From Lingula anatina (lineage: Eukaryota; Animalia; Brachiopoda), in the NCBI GenBank assembly GCA_051362555.1, contig CM120645.1:12152001-12216000 (forward strand): DNA of 64,000 nt, given 5' to 3'. A program made the position numbers and the translations under genes. Of this stretch, positions 14,398 through 25,951 are shown piece after piece; the stretch's first letter is position 1; each line of letters starts with the position of its first letter. The notes under the pieces are model-generated. The model had not been told where the DNA came from and did not search any database. It saw only the letters and a program-made list of their open reading frames with translations.

Positions 14398-16918
14398 ATC
14401 GCTCTTCTGTTTCCAAATAGTTTATCAGATGTATGTGTACAGGTATGTCGGTAATGCAAAAGAAATAATATCACCAAATAAGAATATGTAGTCATTTCAT
14501 GATTTTGCAAAAAAAAAAAAAAAAAAAAAAGCAGGTACTGTTTATAACAATAACCTCACACTCACTCTTATATTAATAAAATAATCAAGACATTGATGTA
14601 TCCCATTGATGATAAAACAAAAACAATACTTCGACGAACTAACGGTAGAATTATATAAATGTCCACAATACATGTTACCAGTGTAACAGCTCATTGGGTG
14701 ATGGCTCTTTAAATGCTATGTACAAAATAACAGTAATTAAGCCTTTAAACATTTTTTTCTTCAGATGTATGCAAAGCGCCAGTATCAAGTACGGAAGGTA
14801 TGGTTCAAACAATGACTTTTCCTCTTACAGAGAAAATGAATGCGCTAAAGAATGAATGCTGGGATAAATGGGCAACGGACGTGTTAAAATTGTTTCATTC
14901 CAGTGCCACTCGTTTGCTTAATAATAGGCATAGCGTCTACTTTAAAATGTACATTACGGTTCAGTATACTTTAGACCACTGGGTCCTATCTGTTCACTTC
15001 AGTAACCGTTTATATCCTTTCCATTAGCTTGTATTTCAAGGATGAAATATTAATAGTTCAAGGCCCAGTGCAAGTATACTAAGCAGTACAATTGCTACAT
15101 GTACGTTAATTCTCAATGAGGAATTAAATGCACTACTTTATCATGAAACCGTACAATATTTTTTCCACGACGATATCCGAAAACTTGAAATCTAGTACAG
15201 TAGTAGCTACTGTAACGGTTAGTTTTATAAATCTTCAATGTAATTTTCAGCCCACAAATTCAGAGGTTTTCTGGTAACCACCAGTACGACCTATGTGTGT
15301 GATTTCAAACCAGATATGTAAGTACTCACTGTGAAGCACAGAGCACATCTTAAAATCTAGACGCACATTACGTATTTGAAGTCTATTCGGAGTCACATGC
15401 TGTAAAATGTATAAAATATATAATCCAAAATGATTTACTCATTATCGTTAAGAACTGTTAGATTTTACAATAAGACTTTTAAGTTAAAACATTTATTTTG
15501 GGGAATTAGATTGTAGCTTTGTCATCAATGGGCAGTACCGATTTATAAAACATAACCACGTTGGAAAGCCGTTCTAGGTCCTTTTGCGCAATGATTTATG
15601 TTTCATGTTATTTCGACAAGTTGACGAAAAGCGTTTGATATCCCTCTCCTCGTCTTCTGTTCTCCAGATCACTACAAAGAGTTTGTTATTCCACAACAGA
15701 TGGAGACACTTGGACTGGTATGTAGATATAATTGGCACTTTTGCCAAAATACCACTCGCCGCTCCAATCAGTCTCAGCAAGTTCAGCCAAAACACCACTC
15801 GCCTCTCTAATCAGTCTCAGTATAATTTCAAATACTCCGCTTTGGACTAAAAAAAATTAACCGTCTTAATTGTAAAAAACTGACAACCCGGGAATTAAAG
15901 CTATTTTCGTTTTGTCTTCTTTAGATCTTTATTCTTCCTGCGCAAATTGTAAGTAGGACTTCATACAGCTTTAATTAAAAATTCAAATAAGAATAATTTG
16001 AATATTGTTTAGCCATTTTCTATACCAATCAAGTAGACAATAATGTTCTTTTCTCTTTATCAAGAAATGGACTCGCGTGTAGCCAACGTCATAGGTTTTG
16101 ACATAGAGGAAGGCTATGTGTACGCCGTGGGGACAACGGACGACACGTACCTCGTGGCTCAAGACGGGACAGACACGTGGTACTCGATCTCTCCGGCCAG
16201 GTGGGCAGAATTCCAGTCCTGCTGCGCGGCTGCTCCATCCAGATGCAGGTCTACGGTAGAGGTCTCTTGGCTCAATAGCGTGGCCAATCCTTCGTCATTC
16301 ATTCAGGAAAACTGGGGAGGTAGATAGGATTTGCGCTAATATATTTTTTTAATAAAATGCAGCTTAATAATGTTATATTGTTTCCATTTTGCCCAACTCA
16401 ATTCATAGGATGTTGGGGTAAAGGGATGCAGCCCCACACACAGCCCTCTCCCACAAGATTTAACATCTGTTTTTGAGGCATTTTTTCAGTCCATGAACCT
16501 GTAATTTATTGCAGAGAGTGGTCAAATAGTACTGCGAGACGGGCCTTTTGTGGTCTGTTGTGTTCACACAATTGATTCTTTATATCAGTTGTAATGGTAG
16601 TGGCTGAATATTCAAGATTATAACTGCAATATGTGTCACAAATACAAACAAATGGCCATTTTTGGTCATGGGTCGATAACAGTTAGACTAATTTATGATT
16701 ACAAAAGCCCTGATAATCTCCCACTAAAGAGTAATTTTGTATTGTATTTTAATTTAGACTTTACTCTTACCTATTGTTGAAACATTGGTATGATCCCTTG
16801 CGCAGGATTTCTTCAAAATAATTGCAATATTCTTATATTTTATTTTGTAGCTAATTTCAATGGAATGTACAACAGTGACACGGGAGTATGGGTTCAACAC
16901 CTTGACTGGACGGACTAG
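28..16918 (+). CDS. 3' part (25 exons, ~1,590 aa, 5' end outside window) of a giant extracellular glycoprotein: tandem ~165-aa beta-rich modules, an F5/8 type C (discoidin)-like domain and a C-terminal domain
   Basis: GT-AG exons joining in one frame: 28-176, 579-800, 2772-3069, 3826-4022, 4295-4777, 5205-5464, 5952-6204, 6564-6855, 7349-7551, 8077-8348, 8889-8979, 9421-9576, 9889-10240, 10601-10746, 11117-11220, 11792-11963, 12360-12585, 13009-13113, 13444-13619, 14197-14350, 14765-14797, 15251-15317, 15668-15717, 16065-16319, 16851-16918 (TAG). Total 4,784 nt. Recurrent motifs C..(H/E)(V/T)GxNxPC, (L/M)GxxxN and W(L/V)xAG..(I/L)WV(A/G)Q. Discoidin-like CETALGMQS..IQDCQI..W..YLQIELG..RF..FEVYGC in exons 13009-14350. 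Many NxS/T sequons; no transmembrane segment in the visible part. Confidence 0.85.
330..490. repeat. Degenerate (TAC)n/(TAG)n microsatellite region
   Basis: Direct reading. Other simple repeats include (CT)n at about 1567-1598, 14364-14393 and 51037-51075, (TA)n at 25287-25320, (ATTT)n at 50407-50500 and (ATT)n in every Gal3ST intron. Confidence 0.8.
3080..3329. mobile_element. Small non-autonomous DNA transposon (MITE, CAG-ended, hAT-like termini) in an intron
   Basis: Left end CAGTGGCTGATT, right end GGATCCGCCCTG, internal G/C tracts, flanked by AGGGC on both sides (3075-3079, 3330-3334). Confidence 0.65.
6290..6464. mobile_element. PIF/Harbinger (Tourist-like) MITE
   Basis: ~55-bp imperfect TIRs: GGCCCCATTCAAAATAGGG..GGTCAAATAT..GACCCACT versus AGTGGGTC..ATATTTGACC..CCCTATTCTAAATGGGGCC. 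Flanks TAT/TAA resemble a 3-bp TWA target. Confidence 0.6.
8358..8525. mobile_element. Small CAG-ended MITE (hAT-like termini) in an intron
   Basis: CAGAGGCGGATCC ... AATCCGCCCCCG; flanks GTTCG/GTTCA. Confidence 0.55.
13321..13382. repeat. Short intronic inverted repeat (hairpin), probably a MITE remnant
   Basis: TAATTGTCTGACAC ... GTGTCAGACAATTA form a perfect 14-bp stem. Confidence 0.5.
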
Positions 16919-19641
16919 GACCTCAGAACTGCAAGGATTAATGGGACATAACGAGAACGTCGATAATAAACGCTTTGAGAGGAGCTTCTTTTGACTTCGT
17001 TTCTCGCACATATGTCCCTTGTTACATGTATATGAAAATGGTAACTGCACAGGTGCAGAGTACCAAACATGATTAAATATCACTTGTTCAAAGGATAGAC
17101 ATTAGAAGGCTTCTAAGTTAGATGTCTTGTTACTCGCTCATTTTACGTTAATTGTGGGAAAATGTTAACTTCCATAACTAGTACTGCTGCGCACTTAACT
17201 TGTTATAGCAAGATTTTGCCTCTCGTTATAATTCGTTTTATGTGATTTAAAGTATGGCCAAAACAATCGTATACTGATATTGTACAATGATTATGAATAT
17301 GCGTCCGAATAACCGTCCATTTATTTATTTATTTATTTATTTATTTTAAGACTGACAAGGTAATTAGTACTAAAAACAAATCCAGTAGCATTTTAAGCAG
17401 CTGTGTTATAAATCCACAAACGGGGCACCAATATACCATTATTCAGAATGGGTGAGGTCACCTTGAGGATATATTCGACCCAAAGCTCGGTTGATTGACT
17501 GGCCCCGACAATATTATACAGGTGATACACTGTAATATTATAGTGTATATGTAAAACTGTGATCAGTGAAAAGATATGAAGTAGTTGGCTTTCGTATTTT
17601 CTGCAATATTCCTTGTATGTGTCCCCGCCAGAACTTTGAACTTGACCAATTTTAAAGCTTGAAAAGAGATGGAAGACTTTTATGCTTTTGGCGGACTGGG
17701 GGCAGTCTGCAGTGTACGCTACGATCCGCGCAGAAACTCTCGATCATCTGCCTGGGATTTGGTTTTCAGATTATACAGTGTTAATAGTTTAAGCTTTTTG
17801 TGCCATACTAAATTATACTGTGTTACGACAGATTTATTTTAGTCAGAATTTTATTGAATGTTTCGTCATAGAACAGATATGCATGAATGTAGTTGTACAC
17901 TTTAAAATCGCATAGCTGGATACACATAGGCCTATATATTAATGTAAGAATACTGTGATTCATTGCCCCTCCATTTCAGTGTTCAACGCTTCCAAGTTAC
18001 ATATATATTTTAGTATCTACAGTCTAAAGCTATTGAAACTTAGAACGACATGGAATTAGAGAACATGCACTGACCAGGAAGAGGTCGTTTTGTTTTATTC
18101 AAGATTAAATGAAAGTAATAACACAGCTTTGATCGGTTTTAAGTATAGAAATGGTATCAGTATCAGGGTATCATTTAATGAAAATGGATATTTGTTCTCC
18201 AGTTCTTCAATGAAATGATCGCCACTCATATAAATTGTGACAAAAGGGACAATCAAACGCCTTGTAGTCGAGTTTTAACAGGAAACGTACATATGTACTA
18301 GTTATTATGATCTGTAGAGCACATTCACTGAACTCTTGGTACATGCATCTAATCCGCCCGCTAAATGACTACGCGTGAGGTGAAAATCTCATTTTAATTC
18401 CATTGTGCTAAGTTTGTTTTTGTAAAGGCACGAGAACGGGAAGATGTCGGGAATGTTTAAATTGGATGGTTGAAAAAATCAAGAGGAAATAGCTTAATTT
18501 GCATGCGTTTTCTCACCACCTGTGGGCACTTCGGCATTCATTTTGTTGAAACAAAACCTACTACAATGCGCGAATCATACTTTATATTACACATCTTTAA
18601 AATTCTGCTTAAATGATAAGAAACAGCGCAGCGTGATGGTGAAATTTTTTCTTGTGCCTTTACTAAAGGAGAAAAGACCACATTTAAATGATGTTTGCAT
18701 TAAATTCAAGTTAGAATCCCAAAAGTGTCAATTTAAAGAAAAATGCTATCTATTCACTCAGTGTATTTGTTGTCAAAAATGGATTTATGGGCTACAGTTA
18801 AGATTTAAAGTATCGAATATATTTTACAACAGAATTAATGAGATGTCAATAGTGAATACAGGTACAGTTACATCAGACTATCATGATTTTTGTTTAAATT
18901 AATATTTGGATTTTTTCGAGAATAGAAGAAGAAAATCGCATTAAATAAATTAGTTAATTGATTAATTGATTGGTTAATTAATTTTTATGTATTGAAATAA
19001 TTCATACAAAATGTACTTATCTTCCATGTGAAGGGACAAGGGCGAAACGATGCAAAGCGACATGTACATATGATTCATCTTTTGTAAATAAAATATTCTT
19101 TTATGAAAAATAAGTGCTTCATTGTTTTCCAAAACACAGTTTCGAGCAAGCTGCGTGTGAAGCCAGTACCGACCTGCAAATCTACGTAGTCGTTGCAAAT
19201 TATTGTTATTGTTATTTTATTTTATTTTATTTTATTTTATTTTATTTTATTTTACCGACCAATAGGGGCTACCAGTAAAGTTGAGGCAGTCATTATAAAC
19301 TGTAAAAATGTCTATGGCAAGAAGGCAAAAACATTTAAACAGAGTGCGTTGGGCTTGTACCGGTACAGTAAAAAAAACTATATTAGTCCAGGTCCAGGGT
19401 ACAAGTAGGCCTAATAATTAAAAATATAGGCCTATATATAGATAAAAAAAATTATCGCAAAAATCAAATTTTTTCGGTTAAATAAATATATAGGCCTTTA
19501 GAATTCCTTTTAACTACATGTGGGATTAAACAGGACAAAAAAAAGAGTAGAGAATTCACTAAAGTCAGACTTGTGTACCTGTACCATGTAGTAATAATAG
19601 TAATCATAGTGCCATTTCACGCGCCGACGAGCCGAGAAGCA

Positions 19642-19665
19642 GTCACGTGACTCAAAGTCACATGA
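19642..19665. promoter_or_regulatory. CLEAR element (GTCACGTGAC) plus adjacent M-box-like GTCACATGA, candidate MiT/TFE sites
   Basis: Perfect palindrome GTCACGTGAC at 19642-19651 and GTCACATGA at 19657-19665, about 105-125 bp upstream of the ATG at 19769. Confidence 0.6.
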
Positions 19666-19768
19666 TGAGAAACATGGTGGTCCGGACACGAGAAGAGAGC
19701 TGCTCACTCGTCCGCAAATAACCCGATTATCACTCAGATATTTGAGATAGCAACACCCTATTGTACAC

Positions 19769-22700
19769 ATGGAGGACGAAGGGAATGACGGAACGTATGG
19801 GTCAGTCCCCGTGACATCTCAGGCGGCGACAACGAGCACTGTGGTAGGAAAGGTGAGAGCACGAGTATTTTGTGTACTGTACAAAATTCATTAGGGTCAC
19901 CGTCTGTCAGTGTAGTTTATTTGCTGTTCTTAAGCCTGATTCGTAGGGTGAAAGGAAGGGTTCTGGGGGTGCAAAAGAACCACATTTTATCTATACATAT
20001 ATCTTAATTCTACAGTATCCCTTTTATCAAGTTGAGTCAGTGACAGGAGCACGTTTTCATAAAAATGCCCCCACCACCTCCTTGAAAATTGCTGGCTATA
20101 TATTTCGTAAATTGCCTCAGTTTTCGGTCTTGCCATATATGATACGCGGGTAATGAAAGGCCACATAGCACCCTATGTTAGAGACTTTATGTGACGTCAC
20201 TTGCCACAATGACGTGCTCAAGTCTAACAGTACAGTACTAGTGCTAGTAGCACTGCTGCATACTGTACATGTAACTTGAATAAGCAAGGCTGAACATTAT
20301 CAAACAGGTGCATGAACTGATATGAAAGCTCCTGAGGTTATAAACTTTACTTAAAATGTGGATATTCTTAGCCTCGAGATTTTGTAACACAGGGAGTTAC
20401 AGGTATGGAGTCTTACCTGCATGGCCTGTAAGTATACTGCCACTAGAAGAATGAAGGCTGGCTACAAGCCTGTTATCTGCATATTTAAGAGAAATCAACT
20501 CCTGTACTAACTCATACTTGTTGTGTATGCTAGTATTATCATTTTTATTTATTTGAAAGAAGGTGTGACTGCATGATTGTTTAACTGCAAACAATACATA
20601 ATGTTCTGGAGACTGCATTAGACTTAACCTGGGATGACCCAGTTCTTATAACCTTAAAGCGCTTACATAAACCCAGCACACAGTTTACTCAGGTCAGTGT
20701 AACTGATGATTGGAAGGACTACAGTTCACCCTTTACCACTTTTACATAACTATGCTAGGCACTGGTGCAACTTTATGTCAGATGCACCATGTGTACATAT
20801 ATAGGGGTCTCTTACACAAAATAATGGGGACTTAATAACTAGTAACCAATTTTTTTATTTTTTTGAAGGGTCTGATTCATTAAGCTCTGAATGGCACTTG
20901 CTAACTAAAATTGTGGGTTCTTAAGTTAAAACTTAATTAATTTGTCTCTAATTAATGTTATTTAATTTGTGTAATTACATGGCCCTATATGGATCCCAGT
21001 CCAGATATTTTGTCATTTTGGCTGGAGTTCGAGCACTATATAACAATTACCTGACTTACATGGTTTGTTTTGCTTTAAGATAAGATATATAGTACTAGCA
21101 TAAAGATGAGATGCTCTGTCTAAATATGAGTTCATATTTTAAAACAGGAGATCAGCAGAACTAGACTCAAATAAAGTTCAGTTTGTCTTGTTTAAAAATA
21201 TAATTTACTTTTTTTTTTATAATTGTTTTAGATACTAGTATTGTTTCATGTTGGTCACCGTCAGGAGATTATAAGCTTGTTTACTTGCTCTTACAGTACT
21301 TTATTTCTCTACAGTCATATAGCAATCAAATGTATCGGATTATGGTATCGGTTATATAAAGCAATAGCAATATTTCAGAGAAGAATAATATTTATGATTT
21401 TATTTCCAGGCAAAGACATTTGCTGGCCTGTCACCAAAGGAATGGGCCTTTCTAGTAGTGTCTGTGTTGAATCTCCTGGCAGCCCTGGGGTTTACTGGGT
21501 ACAGCCTGTGGTACGTCGTGGACAAGGATAAGGAAAACACTGTGGATTTCACATTTGCTGTCTTGCTGCTTATTAACATTGGTGAGTTTATGACTTTGTG
21601 GCACCTGTATTTGTTTATACACAGCAGATATTACTGGTATACATGTTCTAGTATCTGTGCACACACACATACACAGTATGAGAATATTTTTACCAATATG
21701 TACCAGCATCAAGGAGACATGGAAGAATTGTCAAAATATTGTCATATTCCATTAAATTTCCTGTATGTGCAATTTTAATGTTATGCACTGCTTGATTGAC
21801 ACTCTTTTTCACAAACTTTTTTTATTTAATTTGAATAAATTTGAATAAATAATGTGTGAGTTTCGTTCCAGGATTCACATACAGTACACACACTTATTAC
21901 AGTGTATCAGAAATAATGTGGCCTGATAGCTTTAATTAAATGTAAAAGAATGAATGTCAAAATAAGAAGAAAAACGTCATGCAAATTTCTTCTTCCTTGC
22001 TCTGTTTCACAATAAAATAATTGAGTCACATGAAAATGCACTGGTAATATTTGCTGAATATTGTAGTATGTTAGGGTTTAAAGGTAGTCACATGATGTAT
22101 GTTAAGGTATTTTACCTGAGTCAGGTGTCAGACAATCAATTGTGAGAGACTTCATTTGGATTCATTTAATATTTAGGTGTATCTCATATTATATTAACAT
22201 CACGCACGAAAATGCAGTAGTATCGAAGTAGCAAAGAAGCATTAATGCAGTAGTGGTGTGGAGCATATTTCCTATCCTACTGCAATTCTACTCCAAAAAG
22301 TACATAGGTTTGTACAGAGAGGAGCATTAATGCAGTAGATTAGCAGCATGATAGAAGCATGTTTCAAATATGCTAATTAGCCCCAAATCGAAGCAGATTT
22401 AAAGCATGTTTGCAGTATGATTGCAGTAGTCTACTGCGCTGGAGTATCTACTGCGTTTTCATGTGGGATATTTATGTCAATAAATAGTTGTTTTTATGTT
22501 AGCTGACATAAAGACATTTTAAGTATCCTACTGTATTTTTGGATAATTGATTTTTTTTGTTTGTTTTTCTGGCATTTTCATGTTGTTTGTAACCATTTTA
22601 TAGAGATATATTCCAAATGAAAATCATATTTTTCTAGTTTAACTTAAAGTATAATATTTATTATTTGTTTATAGTATTTATTAGTTCTGTATCATATTGA

Positions 22701-23971
22701 CAATGTATATTTTTATTATTTGTATTTCAGTATTCTGTACATTCTATGTCATCCATGGACTGTTCCGTGAGCGTGAGTTCGAGTTGTACGCATTTATCGC
22801 TGCCACTCTTGTTGTCGTAGTATACTGTGTCACTGAGTATGCTGTGAATGAGGCTGGCCATAAAAACCCTATCAAACTGGTAAGTGGGCCTATTGGTATA
22901 CTGGGCGTTCTCCTACAAACAAGCCAGGCTTGTTTTTGTTCTCACCATTTAGGTTTTGGAGGTTGATTTTTTAAAAAGTTTTTCGTTATTGTGGCATGTA
23001 AGGTCTAGTATGGGGAAGGTACATGTAAATTTAGCTTCTCACAAAACTTTTCCATCTTTTTAATGCTTAGAAGAGAGTTTCCAATAGAATTAAAAAAAAA
23101 AAAAAACAGACATAATCATGCTTATGCTAATAGGAGTATTTTTTAAGCATTTTCTGTCTCTGCATTTACACATTCATTTCATTAGGTTCTAATAATTTAA
23201 TTGATTTTATTCCAATTTTATTGTTACAGCCCCGTCTGATAGTGTCCTGTGCCTTGGCTCTCCCTAACATTGTTCTAGCCTGGATGGTGGCCAGAGATTT
23301 TGGCTTCCTGGCCTTCAGGATTGTGGGGGCCTCAGAGGCTTTGCAGTGTAAGTGTTGCTCTATCTATTTAGATGTGTTTGTAATTCAGTCTATTAATTAT
23401 CTGCCTTTCTGTAAAGATATCTTGATTGCCATTCTATGTAATTATGTATTAAATTAAGAAGTGTTTATTAATTGTTTTAGTTTTTCTGTGGACTAAAATA
23501 ATCTTGTTTTGAATGTATCCTATGGGTAACTTTTATCTTATTTGCTTTTTCAGTAGCAGGTGTCAGTCATTTATTAGTGTGTCAAGTTGTCTTGTACATT
23601 TGTGACTTGATGTAGTATGCACTGTTTCCATAAACCACATCTACATCTTTGTCATCTGTTGTGACTACAGATATTTGATTTAATTGGATTTCAATTTAAA
23701 AATAATATTTGATTATAATATTTACTGGGAGTCTTATATCAACTACGCCCAATTTAAATAATACATCAGGGTGTAAAATTTAATTTGAAATAGAACTGAT
23801 AAAAAGTCTACCTCTCATATTTTGTCCTTGTTTTCAGTAATGTACAGACAGTCTGCTGCATTTTCTACGTTGCTCAAGTTTGACTTTCAAGTTGCGGTGA
23901 GTATTTTTGTTTTTTTTTTTTTGTCAGCTGTGTTTGTATGTTTGGTATTGGGAAATACTCATATATGTTTT

Positions 23972-24002
<31 letters not shown>

Positions 24003-25281
24003 AGTAGTGGGGCAACATCTATTTACTCATCTGTTATCAATCATTTAGGATGTCTGTCTTTCTTGATTTTTGTTATAAAGATGCTAGACTTTGATCACAC
24101 TATACCCCATGGTGAAAACTGCTCCACTAAAAAAGTTTACATTATATTGAAATATGTTTCAATAATTTGATATAATTCTAAAAAAAAACATGACCTTGCT
24201 TTCCAGGTGAGTTTTGTAGTACTTGTCTTGGAGCAGGGTGTGAACCTGACCACACTGGAGATAGTCACTTTAAGTGTGGGACTGCCTTTTTCATTCCTGT
24301 GGCTAATTCTTGGATGGATCACGGTGAGTACATACACTGTAGTACAATGTTTTGCTTTAAGAAATGTATACTGGATATTGTTGAGATCGAAATGATGTTT
24401 ATCCCAATAAAAATATTGTCTTAATTATTGCTGAGGTCACCTTAGTTATCCCAGTTGAAGCCATATGTACTTTTGCCACTAAAAGTAGCTTGAAAGAGTG
24501 AATGAAACATCACAATGCAGTAGTATGCAAACAGTTTCTGAAGACTGCATTGATACTGTATTTCAGATGAGGAAAGAAATCAAACCCTTAATGTGGATTT
24601 TTATTGTTCTGGGGCTAGTGGGACCAGCATATGTCATTTACAAAATAGTAATGGTGAGAGAAAACATATTTTTAAAAATTGTATTTATTAATTCAATTAA
24701 TTTTAATTTATTATTTATCTTTCTATTTATTTTTGTAGAAGCCACATATACATTCTCCCTTAAAGAAACACACATCAACATGCATACATTTAACTTTAAT
24801 GATGAAGTGAATACTAATAGTGTTAATAATGTAACTTTTAAATTATTGGCCATTTAGATGTGTGTACATGTTCATGTTTTTGGGCTTTTGTGTCTGCATG
24901 TTTGGGGGGTAGGCATGTGCTTGCCAAAGTGTGGGGAGCTTACGTCTGTCACCAAATTTTGATATTAAAGCATTGTTTATTATTATTATTATTTCAGTTA
25001 TTTGAAAATCTAGAGGAAGAGCAGAGTGAAAAATTGCTGATTTATGCAGTCATTGTTGCAGGTAGGAATCAGTATTAACTTTGCACTGAACAGTAACCAA
25101 GATAGAAGCATTATGATTTAAACACTGAAAAAGTCTGAGAAGGTTGGGTGTGGAAGATTTGGCAAATCTTGTGGAATTTTTAATAATGTAAATTATACAG
25201 TATGTGGTTTTAATGCAAGATTAGGCACAGCATTTATTTTGGTGAACTTCTTGTTGCTTTCTTACATGGATGCAAAAGTAA

Positions 25282-25322
<41 letters not shown>

Positions 25323-25951
25323 TGTATGTCATAGAATTTCAGAGCATTGAAATATGTGAATTGTAAATGTGTATAGGTCAGAAATATTGTATATTACAGG
25401 TACTCTTGAACTGTTAGTACCTGTCATCTTACTTATCCAGGCTGTGGTGGTGTACAGAAACTTTAATTATTGTATATTACAGGTGCACTGGAACTGTTAG
25501 TACATGTCATCCTACTTATCCAGGCTGTGGTGGTGTACAGAAACTTTAAGAAGGGACTCAAAGAAAGGGGTGAGATTTAATGCTTGACATTTTTAAACAC
25601 CTACTACTGTACATGTAATGCTTACTTCTTGCTAGCAATTTGTCATTTGGTAGCCAATAACTGATTTTGTTATTGTTTTATGTTACAATTTTTCAATTGA
25701 TAATTTTTCTTACAATTGCATTAATATTTATTTGCTTTTCTTATAAGTCTTAATCATTTATTATTTGACTGGTGTACATGATACATTATTTATCACTTAT
25801 TATAATAAAAGCACAAAATTAGTTTACTTTTTATTGCTTTGATTTTATTTATTATATTTTTTTACTTAAATCTGTACATCTGATTTTCTGTTTTTCAGCA
25901 TTTGACCCTACAGAACAAACTAGTTTGCTTGTGGCTGCTGGTCGCAGATAG
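19769..25951 (+). CDS. Multipass membrane protein (329 aa, about 7-8 TM segments), UPF0658/DUF7789-like, probably endolysosomal
   Basis: Exons 19769-19852, 21410-21581, 22731-22879, 23230-23347, 23838-23896, 24207-24323, 24567-24653, 24998-25061, 25483-25569, 25899-25951 (990 nt, in frame, ATG to TAG). Motifs HGLFREREFEL, DFGFLAFRIVGAS..MY..LLKFD and RNFKKGLKE recall the UPF0658-type family (recognised from memory). N-terminal YGSV and C-terminal EQTSLL. Confidence 0.85.
22199..22469. mobile_element. Degenerate intronic MITE
   Basis: CACGAAAATGCAGTAG near the left end versus CTACTGCGTTTTCATG near the right end; internal repeats of AGCATTAATGCAGTAG. Ends approximate. Confidence 0.45.
25385..25549 (+). 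repeat. 83-bp tandem duplication covering the acceptor and most of exon 9 of the membrane-protein gene
   Basis: TATTGTATATTACAG|GT..CAGGCTGTGGTGGTGTACAGAAACTTTAA occurs twice, with acceptor AGs ending at 25399 and 25482. Confidence 0.9.

Noticed and set aside
17000-19500. Short ORFs between the first two genes (for example 18522-18902)
   Set aside because: AT-rich, no splice-consistent chain and no recognisable motifs.
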